Below are positions 25,961-37,700 of a stretch of 64,000 bases of DNA, one piece after another. The notes below the pieces were generated by a model. It saw only the letters and a list, made by a program, of their open reading frames with translations. It was not told the DNA's origin and searched no databases. Each line of letters opens with the position of its first letter. Positions within the stretch are counted from its first letter, which is position 1. The DNA comes from Myxococcales bacterium. GTDB taxonomy: Bacteria > Myxococcota_A > Bradymonadia > UBA7976 > UBA1532. The stretch covers positions 1,353,001 to 1,417,000 of the forward strand of contig JACKDP010000001.1 of assembly GCA_020633435.1 (NCBI GenBank). Reading direction: 5' to 3'. A program made the position numbers and the translations under genes.

Positions 25961-26563
25961 ATGAGTAAACCTCAGAAGACGAAGGCCATCTCGCCGGCCA
26001 CGCAGGCGCAGATCCTGGAGGCGGCGTGGGCCCTGATCGCGGCCGAGGGGCGACCGGACGCGGGCCTCGCGGAGATCGCGGCGCGGGCGGCCGTGAGCCG
26101 CCAGACGGTCTTCTATGCGTTCGGCAGCCGGTCCGGCGTGCTGACGGCCATGGTGCGCCACCAGGACACCCGGACGGCGCACGTCGCGCGCATCCAGGCG
26201 GCCGTCTTCGACCCCGTGCCCACCGCCGCGTCGGTGGTGGCGGCCGTCGAGGCGTGGCTCGACTACCTGCCGGTCATCTACCCGGTGGGCATCCTGCTCG
26301 ACGCGGCCTCGCTGACGGACGAGGCGGCCGCGGCGGCGTGGCGCGACCGGATGGTCGAGGCGCTGCTGGGCGGCTTCAAGGTGCTGCTCGGGCGAGTGCA
26401 CGCCCGATCGCCGCTGGGGGGGGATCCTGGCCCCATCGCCGAGGAGATCTGGGCGGAGGTGCACCCGACCATGTGGCGGCGGCTGGTGGTCGAGTGCGGC
26501 TGGGCGCCGGCCGCGTTTCGCGCCCGGTGCCTGCGGGTCGTGGAGGGCCTGGTGGGGGCGTAG
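25961..26563 (+). CDS. TetR/AcrR family transcriptional regulator
   Basis: N-terminal HTH: AQILEAAWALIAAEGRPDAGLAEIAARAAVSRQTVFYAFGSRSGVL. Confidence 0.8.
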   Translation: MSKPQKTKAISPATQAQILEAAWALIAAEGRPDAGLAEIAARAAVSRQTVFYAFGSRSGVLTAMVRHQDTRTAHVARIQAAVFDPVPTAASVVAAVEAWLDYLPVIYPVGILLDAASLTDEAAAAAWRDRMVEALLGGFKVLLGRVHARSPLGGDPGPIAEEIWAEVHPTMWRRLVVECGWAPAAFRARCLRVVEGLVGA

Positions 26564-26564
26564 G

Positions 26565-27133
26565 TCAGGGTCCCAGCCACGCGACGATCTCGTCGATCAG
26601 GGCGGTGGGGGTCCGCTCGGCCGTGGTGAGGTGCAGCAGCCGCCCCACCACGGGCAGGTGCGTGCGGCGCAGGTGCTCCTGCCGTAGGCGGTGATCGGCC
26701 GCGGAGGGCACGGTCTCCCGATCGGCGAGCGTGGTGGGCCGGCGGTCCAGCCGAGCCTGGCGGACGGCCAGGGGCGGGTCCAGGTACACGGTCGCGCAGG
26801 CGGGCGTGAGGTGGCGGCCGAGGTCATCCAGGTCGAGGCCGGTGCCGCGGAACGCCGCGTAGGCCTGGGTGGAGAGGAAGTAGCGGTCCAGGACGACGGA
26901 TCGGCCGCGGGCGAGGGCCGCCGCCGCCGTCTCCGACGCGGCGAAGACGGTGGCCAGGTAGAAGAGCTGGTGGGCCTCCTGGCCCGAGCCCAGGTGGTGC
27001 AGGAGGTCGTCGCGGTACCGGCGCACGCCGGGGGGCGGGGTGGTGAGGAGGTCGGCCCCGAGCCGCTGGGCGAGCAGCCCCGCGCAGGTGGTCTTGCCCG
27101 CGCCGTCGGGGCCCTCGAACACGATGAAGCGCG
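26565..27133 (-). CDS. thymidylate-kinase-like P-loop nucleoside-monophosphate kinase
   Basis: GTG start at VSPPRFIVFEGPDGAGKTT (Walker A, dTMP-kinase-type FEGxDGxGK). LID/DRY-like VVLDRYFLS. The upstream Arg-rich part of the 370-aa ORF was rejected. Confidence 0.65.
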
Positions 27134-27139
27134 GCGGGC

Positions 27140-28510
27140 TCACGCGGCCACCTCGGCGGGCGCGGGCGCGAAGCGGCCCAGGTCCGGGTCGGCGGCGAGG
27201 CGCCTCAGCGCCGCGAGGTCGCGGGGGTGGCGGCCCTCGGTGAGGCGCAGGGCCTCCGACAGGCGGGCCATGGCGAGCCAGTCTGTGTGCGTGAAGGTGC
27301 TGGAGCGGGTGACCATGGGCATGGGCCCGCCGCTGTCTTCGAGGTGCCACCGGTCCCGGTCCCGCGCCAGGGGCGTGCCGCGCAGGAGCATGAGCGGAAA
27401 GGCTTTGATCACCGGCACTTCGCGCTCCAGGCACCAGGCGACCGAGGCCTCGAACGTGGCGCGGGTCTGCAGGGGCAGGCCGAAGATCAGGGAGACCTCG
27501 TGGTCGATGCCGCGGGCCCGGATGCCGGCGAGGGCGGCGTCGACGCGGCCCAGGTGGTTGCGGCGATCGATGGCGCGGCCCTCGGCCTCGTGGATGGTCT
27601 GGAGGCCCAGCTCGAGGCAGACGTCGAGGGCGGCGGCCGCGTCGAGGAAGTCGGCGTCCAGGCCCTCGGCGCGGCACTGCAGGGAGAGGCGGCCCGTGAA
27701 GCCCCCGGCGGCGAAGCGCTCCAGCACCCCGAGGGCGTGGGGCGCCAGGTTGAAGATGGGATCGAGGACGGCGATCTCGCGGACGCCGGCGGCGCAGAAC
27801 AGATCGATCTCGGCCTCGATCCGGGGGAGGTCGAGGGCCCGTCGGCGGAGGCGCGCGCCGGGCTCACGGTGCTGGCAGAACGCGCACCGAAACGGGCAGC
27901 CGCGCTGCGTCTCCCAGCGGATGAAGGCCTGTCCGGCGAGGGGGATGGTGCCGCTGAGCCAGGGCGAGGGCAGCGCCTCGAGCTGGACCGCGGCCTGACC
28001 TTCGACGTCGGGGGTGCCGGCCCAGTGGACCCCGGGGATGGGGTGGCGATCGGGCGTGGTGGCCAGGCGCGCCAGGGCCTGCTCGCCGTAGCCGCGGATG
28101 AACGCGTCGACGCCGGGGTAGAGGGCCTCGAGGCCCGGGCCGCTGTACGCGATCTGCGGGCCGCCGAGCACGATGCGGCCGCGGAAGCCCGCCTGGCGCA
28201 GGCGGCGCAGGACCTCCTGGAGGAAGGCCTCGCCCCAGACGTAGGCGCCGAAGGCGACGTCGACGTCCGCCGGCGCGCGGTCCCCGACCTCGGCGAGGAT
28301 GGCGTCGGTGAGGCAGCCGGCGTCGGCCCCGGGGCCGTTGACCGCCGCTGCGATCGGCCGGACGTCCAGCGTGGGGTGCTGCCGCAGGACCGTGAGCAGC
28401 GAGGCGTGGCCGAGGGGGACGCGGGGGTCCTTGTCGCGGGTCCAGTAGAGATCGACGAGCACGATGCGCCGGGTCACGATGGCTCCTCCTCGCAGGGTCG
28501 CGGGTGCCAT
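27140..28510 (-). CDS. B12-binding-domain radical SAM protein (class B rSAM)
   Basis: N-terminal Rossmann-like B12-binding region (RIVLVDLYW...), then the radical SAM cluster motif CPFRCAFC. Its stop is 6 nt from the start of the downstream kinase-like gene. Confidence 0.8.
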   Translation of the reverse strand: MAPATLRGGAIVTRRIVLVDLYWTRDKDPRVPLGHASLLTVLRQHPTLDVRPIAAAVNGPGADAGCLTDAILAEVGDRAPADVDVAFGAYVWGEAFLQEVLRRLRQAGFRGRIVLGGPQIAYSGPGLEALYPGVDAFIRGYGEQALARLATTPDRHPIPGVHWAGTPDVEGQAAVQLEALPSPWLSGTIPLAGQAFIRWETQRGCPFRCAFCQHREPGARLRRRALDLPRIEAEIDLFCAAGVREIAVLDPIFNLAPHALGVLERFAAGGFTGRLSLQCRAEGLDADFLDAAAALDVCLELGLQTIHEAEGRAIDRRNHLGRVDAALAGIRARGIDHEVSLIFGLPLQTRATFEASVAWCLEREVPVIKAFPLMLLRGTPLARDRDRWHLEDSGGPMPMVTRSSTFTHTDWLAMARLSEALRLTEGRHPRDLAALRRLAADPDLGRFAPAPAEVAA

Positions 28511-28746
28511 GACGACGGACGTGGGGGCGGGCGGACACGGAGTGGTAACACCGTAGGGGCGGAGGACTCCGGGGCTGCGGCCGCGGCGACGCGGGCCGAA
28601 GCGCGGAGAACAACCCAACAAGATCAAGAGCTTGACTTCGGTAGCCTGGCCTCGCCGCGCCGCGACCGGCGCACATCCTGCTACCCCGGTTGCCCATCCG
28701 CGCGGCCCAGGCGTTCAATGGGCGTTACCCGCGGGGAGGTCTGCAG

Positions 28747-31700
28747 ATGCGTTGGTGGCTGGTGCTGGTGGGCGTCGTCTTGCTCTCGTGCGATGACGGC
28801 GGCGGGGGCGGCGGTGGGGACGCCGGTCGGCTGGATGGCGGCTCCCTCTGCGGCGACGGCCAGCGGAACGGCGCCGAGTCGGATGTGGACTGCGGGGGCG
28901 ACTGTACGCCGTGCGCCGCGGGGCAGGCGTGCCGCGTCGAGGGGGACTGCGGGGCGCTGAGCTGCGTGGACGGCGTCTGCGCGTCGGCGTCGTGCGACGA
29001 CGGGCGGCGCAACGGGGCCGAGACGTGGGTGGACTGCGGGGGCGGCTGCCCGACGTGCCCGGACGGACGGCCGTGCGGGGGGGGAGCCGACTGCACGAGC
29101 GGCGTCTGCGCGCAGGGGGTGTGCGCGTCGCCGGCCTGCGCGGACGGGGTGCAGAACGCCGGCGAGACCGGGACGGACTGCGGCGGGCCGTGCGCGGCGT
29201 GCGCGGACGGCGGGGGCTGCGTGGCGCCGGCGGACTGCGCGAGCGGCATCTGCCGTGGCGGCCAGTGCGCGGCGCCGGCCTGCGACGACGGCGCCCAGAA
29301 CGGCGACGAGACCGACATCGACTGCGGCGGCGGCTGCGGGCCGTGCCCGGAGGGCTTCCGGTGCGCGGCCGCGGGCGACTGCGCGACGGGGCCGTGCACG
29401 GCGGGCCGGTGCGTGTCGCCGCGGTGCGGCGACGGCGCGCAGAACGGCGACGAGACGGACGTGGACTGCGGGGGCCGTGCGCGGCGTGCGCCGACGGGCT
29501 GGCCTGCGGCGGCGACGCGGACTGCCAGGGGCAGCGCTGCGTGGGCGGCCAGTGCGCCGCGCCGACGTGTGACGACGGGCTGCGCAACGGGGCCGAGACG
29601 TGGCTGGACTGCGGCGGCGGCGCGTGCCCGCCCTGCGGGGTGGGCGGCGTGTGCGTGGCCCACACCGACTGCGCGGACGGGGTGTGCTTCGAGGGGCGGT
29701 GCGCCGAGGCGGCCTGCGGCGACGCGACGCGCAACGGCGAGGAGACGGACGTGGACTGCGGCGGGCCCGACTGCGGGCCGTGCGCGGACGCGGCGGCCTG
29801 CGTGGCGCCCGCGGACTGCCGGAGCCTGGTGTGCACCGGCGGGGCCTGCGCGGCGCCGGCCTGCGACGACGGGCGGCGCAACGGGGGCGAGACGGACGTG
29901 GACTGCGGCGGGCCCGACTGTCCGGCGTGCGTGGGCGGCGGCGGCTGCAACGCGCCGGCGGACTGCGGGGGCCTGCCCTGCGTGGCGGGGCGGTGCGCCG
30001 CGCCGGGCTGCGCCGACGGGGTGCAGAACGGGGATGAGACGGACGTGGACTGCGGCGGCGCCTGTGGGCCGTGCCGACCGGGGCTGGCCTGCGTGGCCGA
30101 TCCCGACTGCCAGAGCCGGCTCTGCGTAGACGGCCTGTGCACGGCGGCGACGTGCCGCGATCTGGCCCGCAATGGCGACGAGACGGACGTGGACTGCGGC
30201 GGCCCGTGCTCGCCCTGCCCGGCCGGGCGGGTGTGCGTGGCGCACCGCGACTGCGAGGGCGACGTCTGCGACGGCGGCCGGTGCCAGCTCCCGACCTGCG
30301 AGGACGACCGGCGCAACGCCAGCGAGACCGACATCGACTGCGGCGGCGGCGCCTGCGAGGCCTGCGGGCGGGGGGCCGTCTGCCAGATCGGGAGCGACTG
30401 CGAGAGCGGCGTCTGCCGCGGCGGCGTCTGCCAGGCGGCGACGTGCTTCGACGGCGTCGCCAACGGCGGCGAGAGCGGCGTGGACTGCGGCGGGCCCTGC
30501 GGTCCGTGCCGGTTCGACGAGCAGTGCCGGTCGGACGCCGACTGCGCCGACCGCGTCTGCGCCGGCGTCTGCCTGGCCGCGACCTGCGAGGACGGGCGGC
30601 AGAACGGGCTGGAGACGTGGATCGACTGCGGCGGCGCCGACTGCGCCCCCTGCCCCTCCGGGCGGCCTTGCCGCGATCCCGGGGACTGCGAGGACGGCGT
30701 CTGCCACCTGACACCGGGGCGGGCCAGCGGCGGGCTGTGCGCCGAGGCGAGCTGCGCCGACGGCATCTTCAACGAGGGCGAGAGCGCGGTGGACTGCGGC
30801 GGCGTCTGCCCGCCGTGCGCGCCGGGCATGGGGTGCCTGCGGGGCGAGGACTGCGCGAGCCGGGTCTGCGTCGAGGGCCAGTGCGCGGCGCCCTCGTGCG
30901 CCGATGGGCGGGCCAACGGCTTCGAGACGTGGGTCGACTGCGGCGGGCCGTGCGCGCCGTGCCCCGACGGGCGGCCCTGCGGCATCGACGCCGAGTGCGA
31001 CAGCGGGAGCTGCATCGCGGGCCTCTGCGCCGTGGCGAGCTGCCGGGATCGGCGGATCAACGGCCTGGAGACGGGGATCGACTGCGGGGGCCGGTGCCCG
31101 GCGTGCGGCGAGGCCGAGGTCTGCGCCCTCGACGACGACTGCCTGAGCGAGGCCTGCGTGGACGGGCGCTGCGCGGCGCCGGCCTGCGACGACGGCCGGC
31201 GCAACGGGGCGGAGACCGGGCTCGACTGCGGCGGCGGCTGCCCGCCGTGTGGGGCGGGCGTGCGCTGCGCCGGGGCCGCCGACTGCCTGTCCGGGGTGTG
31301 CGGCGCGGGCGGGCGCTGCGCCGCGGCGGCCTGCGCCGACGGCGTGCAGAACGACGCGGAGTCAGGCGTGGACTGCGGCGGCGACTGCGCCCCCGTGCGT
31401 GGACGGCGGGGCCTGCAACCGGGCGGCGGACTGCCAGAGCGGCGTGTGCGCGGCGGGCGCGTGCGCCGCGCCGGCCTGGCGACGACGGGGTGCGCAACGG
31501 CGACGAGGCCGCGGTGGACTGCGGGGGCACCTGCCCGCCCTGCGGCGACGGCGCGCGCTGCGCCGCGGGGCCCGAGTGCCTGAGCGGGGTGTGCGCGGCC
31601 GGGCGCTGCGCCCCCGCGAGCTGCGCCGATGGGCGCCAGAACGGGGCGGAGCAGGCCGTCGACTGCGGCGGAGGCTGCGGTGGCTGCCCGGTGGGGCGGC

Positions 31701-34700
31701 CCTGCCGGGGCCCGGCGGACTGCACGAGCGCGGTCTGCCTGGACGGGCTCTGCGCCCCGCCCGCCTGCGACGATCGGGTGAGCAACGGCGCCGAGACGGG
31801 CCTGGACTGCGGCGGCGCCTGCCCGGCGTGCGGCGAGGGCGCCGTGTGCAGCCTGGCGGCCGACTGCCTGAGCGGCGTCTGTGCCGGGGGCCGCTGCGCC
31901 GCGCCGGCCTGCGGTGACGGGGTGGCCAACGGCGCCGAGACGGGGCTGGACTGCGGCGGCGGCTGCGGGCCCTGCGCCGACGGCGCGGCCTGTCGCGGGG
32001 CGGCCGACTGCGCGAGCGGGCAGTGCGTGCGGGGCTTCTGCGCGGCGCCGGCCTGCGCCGACGGCGTGCGCAACGGGGGCGAGACGGCCGTCGACTGCGG
32101 CGGGCTCGTGTGTCCGGCCTGCCCCGACGCCGGGGTCTGCGCCGTGGCCACCGACTGCCAGAGCGGCGTGTGCAGCGCGGGTCGCTGCGCGGCGCCCCGG
32201 TGCGACGACGGCGTGCTGAACGGCGACGAGAGCGCCCTGGACTGCGGCGGCGTGTGCCCGCCCTGCGCGGACGCGGCGGACTGCCGCCAGCCGGCCGACT
32301 GCGCGAGCGGCGTCTGCGCGGGCGGCGTCTGCGCCGCGCGCCGGCCTGCGCCGACGGCGTGCGCAACGGGGGCGAGGCGGGCGTCGACTGCGGGGCCCCT
32401 GCCCCGCCTGCCCGGCAGGCTCGACCTGCGGCAGGGCGGCCGACTGCCTGGACGGCGTCTGCGCGGCCGGGCGGTGCGCCCCGGCCGGGTGTGGCGATGG
32501 CGTGCAGAACGGCGGCGAGACCGCGGTGGACTGCGGCGGCCCCTGTGGTCCCTGCGCCGACGCCGCCGCCTGTGGCCTCGGGCGCGACTGCGCGAGCGGG
32601 GTGTGCGCCGGGGGGCGGTGCGCGGCGGCCGCCTGCGCCGACGGCGTGCAGAACGGCCCCGAGACGGCGACGGACTGCGGCGGTGGCTGCCCCGCCTGCG
32701 CCGATGGCGCGACGTGCGGCGCGGCGGCCGACTGCCGCAGCGGCGTCTGCGCCGGCGGCCGGTGTGCGCCGGCGCGGTGCGACGACGGGGTGCAGAACGG
32801 CGCCGAGACGGCCATCGACTGCGGGAGCCGGTGCCCCGCCTGCCCCGACGGCACCGCGTGTGGCGTCGGCGGCGACTGCGCGAGCGGGGTGTGCGCCGCG
32901 GGCCAGTGCGCGGCGCCGGCCTGCGCCGATGGCGTGCACAACGGCCCCGAGACGGCCGTGGACTGCGGCGGCGGCTGCCCCGCCTGCGCGGTGGGGCTGG
33001 CTTGCGGCGCGGGCGGCGACTGCCTGAGCGGCGTCTGCCAGGGCGGCCGGTGCGCGGCCCCCACCTGCGCCGACGGCGTGCAGAACGGCGACGAGGCCGC
33101 GGCGGACTGCGGCGGCCCTTGCGCCCCGTGCGCCGACGGCACGACCTGCGCCCGGGCCCTCGACTGCGCCAGCGGCGTGTGTGATCCGGTCGCGTTCGTC
33201 TGCGCCGCGCCCACCTGCGGCGACGGCGTGCGCAACGGCGCCGAGACGGCGGTGGACTGCGGCGGCCCCTGCCCCGCCTGCCCGGCCGGCGAGCTCTGCG
33301 GCCGGGCGGCGGACTGCCAGAGCGGCGTCTGCCTGAGCGGCCGGTGCGCGGCGCCCGCGTGCGGGGATGGCGTGCAGAACGGCGCCGAGACGGACACCGA
33401 CTGCGGCGGGCTCTGCCGGGCGTGCGGGGATGGCCTGCAGTGCGGCCGCGGCGGCGACTGCCAGAGCGCGGTCTGCACGGCGGGCCGCTGCGTCGCGCCG
33501 ACGTGCGCGGACGGGGCCGCCAACGGCCTGGAGACGGACGTGGACTGCGGCGGCTCGTGCCCGCCCTGCGGCGCCGCGCGGCGCTGCGGCCAGCCCGGGG
33601 ACTGCCAGGCCGGCGTCTGCCAGCGCGGCTTCTGCGCCCTGCCGGCGTGCGACGACCGCGTCCAGAACGGCGCGGAGTCGGACGTGGACTGCGGCGCCGC
33701 GTGCGCCCCTTGCCTCGCCGGCCGCGCCTGCGCGGGCCCGGCCGACTGCCAGAGCGGCGCCTGCGGCGGCGGCGTGTGCACCGTCCCGGCCTGCAACGAC
33801 GGGGTGCTCAATGGCGACGAGACGGACGTGGACTGCGGCGGCGCCTGCGCCGGCTGCGCCCAGGGCGCCCCGTGCCGGATCGACGTCGACTGCGCCCAGG
33901 GCCTCTGCTTCAACGGCCGCTGCGGGGACCACCCCTGCCGCAACGGCGTGCGCGATCTGGCCGAGACCGACGTGGACTGCGGCGGGAGCTGCGCCGCGTG
34001 CGGCGCGGGCAAGGCGTGCCTCTTCAACGGCGACTGCGCCAACAACGACTGCCGCGCGGGGGTCTGCTTCGTCATCCCGCCGCGCATCGATCTCGTCGAG
34101 CCGGCCGTCGTGCCCGTGACCGGCGGCGTCGACGTCGCCCTCACCAGCACCCCGGGCACCTACGGCGCCGCCGACGTCTACGTCGACGGCGTGCTCGTCC
34201 CCACCCGCCGGTTCGGCGACACCCGGCTCCAGTTCACCGCCCCGCCGCGCCGGCAGGGCCCCGGCCCCGTCGCCCTCGAGGTCCGCAACCCCGACGGCGG
34301 CGCCGTCACGGTGCCCGACGCCCTGACCTACGGCCCCGGCGCCATCCACGTCGCCGTCCAGAACGCCCTCGGCCCCTGCGACGCGTTCACCTGCACCGCC
34401 ACGGGGCTGGACGCCTTCAACCCCGCGATTCCATTGAGCTTCCGCTGGACGGTCAACGGCCTGGCGGCCGCCGGGGACGCCCAGCTCGCGGACGCCGTCC
34501 AGGCGGGCGACGAGGTGATCTGCCACGCCCTCGTCGGCGACCCCGGGGCCACCTGGGAGGTCCCGTCGGCCCCCTTCGTGGTCACGGGGGCCGTCGGCCT
34601 CGTGAGCGGCTACGACCTGCAGCCCCGGGCCCCCGCCCTCGGCGAGGCCCTCCGGTGCAGCGGCCAGGCCCTCCCCACGTCCTGCGGCGACCCGACCGAG

Positions 34701-37700
34701 CTGCAGTACACCTGGCGCGTCAACGGCGCGGTCGATCCGGCGGCCGTGGGCCCCGTGTTCCCCACGACGGGCCTGCGCGAGGGCACCACGGTGGCGTGCG
34801 AGCTGGCCGCCGTCTCCGCCGCCGGCGACGTCGGGCCGGTGCTGACCGCCGACCCCGTCACGCTCACCCCCGGCCGCTACGCCATCCAGAGCGCCTTCGT
34901 CGGCGACGCGTTCGGCGTCGCCCTCGGCGTCGTCGGCGACCTGGACGGTGACGGCCTCGCCGACATCGTGGTGGGCGCCCCCAACGACTCCTCGACGGCC
35001 CCCCAGGCCGAGCGTGGGCGCGTCTACCTCCTCCCCGGCCAGGCCACCCTGCAGACGCAGGACGCCCAGGCGAGCGCCCGCTGGATCCTCGACGGGGAGC
35101 AGGGCGGCCGCCGTGTGCCCGCCATCGATCACTCGACGCCCACCTACTTCGAGGCGGCGGATGGCTACATCTACCGGCCCTTCGGCGATGGCTTCGGCTT
35201 CGCCATCGGGCGGGGTCGCCACCTCGTCGACGACGACGAGATCCCGGACGTCGTGGTCGGCGCGCCCTACGCCCTCGGCGCCCTCGGCACCTACGGCAAC
35301 GGCCGCGCCTACGTCCTCTCCGGCGCCCGGGTCCCCGGCCTCCCCGCCCTCGCGGACGCCCCCCGCCTGGGCAGCGGCACCCTGCTGCTGGGCCGCACCC
35401 CGACCCGCATCCAGAACCGGTTCCTCGCCAGCATCGAGTTCCCGCCGTTCAACGGCGACTTGATGGGCTTCGGCGCCCGCTTCGCCGGCGACTTCAACGG
35501 CGACGGCTACGACGACGGCCTGGTGGCCGCCCCCAACGAGGGGAACCGCGACGAAGGCGCCATGTACGTGGTGCCCGGCGGCTCGCTGGGCCGCCGCGTC
35601 GACCTCTCCCTCGCCGGCGCCGAGGCCCAGGCCGGCCTCGTCCGCGTCACCGGCGCCGAGGCGGTGCCGGGCTTCAACCACTTTGGCCGCATCATGGACA
35701 CCGTCGGCGACTTCGATGGCGACGGCTTCGACGACTTCTACGTCCACCCCGGCGCCCTGCTGGGCGGCAACTCCACCTACCTGGTTCACGGCCGCGAGGA
35801 CACCCGCCCCATCGATCTGCGCCAGGAGACCCGGCTGCACACCGGCGGCGGCATCGGCTTCTCCTGCTGCCCGTACCGCGTCGACTACGGGCGCCTCGTC
35901 TACCAGACGCGGGCGGCCGTCGGCGGCGACATCAACGGCGATGGCCTCGACGACTACGCCCTGCGCTCCGTGGTGCCGGCCGGCGGCGAGATGCTGATCA
36001 TCTTCGGCCGCCGCGACCGCGCCATCCCCACGACGGCCCAGCTCCTGGCGGGCCAGGGCGGCTACGCCATCCGTGGCACCCCGACGGCCATCGAGGGGGA
36101 CGCCGCCATCGCCGACATGAACGGCGACGGCTACGACGACATCGTCGCGGTCTACAGCGCCGCGGACTTCATCGAGTTCCCCCGGGCGGGCCGCCTGATC
36201 GTCGTGTACGGCGGGCCGAACGCGCCCCCGGCCACCTTCCCCGAGATGCTGCAGCGGCGGGCGGGCTACCAGGAGCCGGGCCCCGTGGCGGGCGGGTACT
36301 TCGGCGCGTCCGTGGACGTCGGCGACGTGAACGGCGACGGCCTGGCCGACGCCGTCGTGGGCACCCCCGGGGCCAGCCGCGTGATGGTCATCCTCGGCCG
36401 CGACACCGAGGGCCGCATCACCCACCGCGCCGGCGACGCCAACGACACCCTCACCGGCACCCCCGGGGCCGACGTCATGGTGGCGGGCCGGGGCGACGAC
36501 GTCCTCCTCGGCGGCGGCGGCACCGACGCGCTGAGCGGCGGGGCCGGCAACGACGTGCTGGCCGTGGGCGACGCCACCTTCCGCCGCGTGGACGGCGGCG
36601 CGGGCGTGGACACCCTCCGCAGCGCCGGCGGCCTCGCCCTCGATCTCACCGCCCTGCGCGCCCGCGTCCGCGGCATCGAGATCGTCGACCTCACCGCGGC
36701 CGGCGCCGACGTCCTGCGCGTCGACGGCGCCGCCATCCGCCGCAACCACGGCCGGCTCATGACCGTGCTGGGCGCGGCCGACGACCTCGTCGAGGTGGTG
36801 GGCGGTGGCTGGGACGCCGGGGTGCCCGTGCAGGTGGACGGCGTCGCCTTCACCGAGCTGCGCCACGGCCCCCTCACCCTGCGCGTCCTGGCCGGGGTGC
36901 CCGTGCACATCGGCCCCAACATCATCACGCGCGGCCTCAACGCCGTGGAGCTCACGCCCCCGGGCGATCCCGTCGCCCCCATCCAGGCCACGGATCCCGA
37001 CGGCGCCATCGTCCGCTGGACCCTCGACGACCCCTCCGGCACCCTCACCATCGACGCCCAGGGCGTCGTCCGGGTGGCCGCGGGCGGCGTCATCAACTTC
37101 GAGCAGCAGCCCCAGATCCCCATCCGCGTGACCGCCGAGGACGACACCGGCCTGCGCACGTCCCGCGACCTCGTCGTGGACGTCACCAACGTCGACGAGC
37201 CCCCGGTCTTCGCGGCCGGCGCCCCCGTGGCCTTCACGCTCGAGGAGGGCATCGCCACCGGCCGCTTCCTGCACCGCTACCTGGCCACCGATCCCGAGGG
37301 GCTGGACGTCCACTTCGAGCTGGTCGATCCCAGCGGCGCCTTCGCCCTCGGCGCCGACGGCGCCCTCCGCGTGGCCGACGGGACGGCCCTCGACTTCGAG
37401 CGGGCCCCCACCGTCGACCTGACGCTGCGCGCCCTGGACCCCGGCGGAAACTTCAGCGAACTCGCGGTGCGCGTCACCGTCACCGACCAGCCGGAGATGG
37501 TCTGGACGGGCACCTTCACCTTCTCGTCGCGGGGTCAGGGCCTCTTCGGGGGCGTCGGCAACGACACCTTCCCGATGCCCGTGCAGAGCATCGTCATGGT
37601 CGGCGACGGCCAGGACAAGGTGGCGGACCTCGGCGTCCTGAAGATCGGCGGCGCCCTCGGCGGCAGCGTCGGCGTGACCTTCGACGGCACCTACACCTCC

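Noticed and set aside
26565-27677. Full 370-aa ORF as the thymidylate-kinase-like gene
   Set aside because: The N-terminal 180 aa are Arg/Pro-rich nonsense. The kinase fold begins at a GTG (27133), right after the rSAM gene stop.
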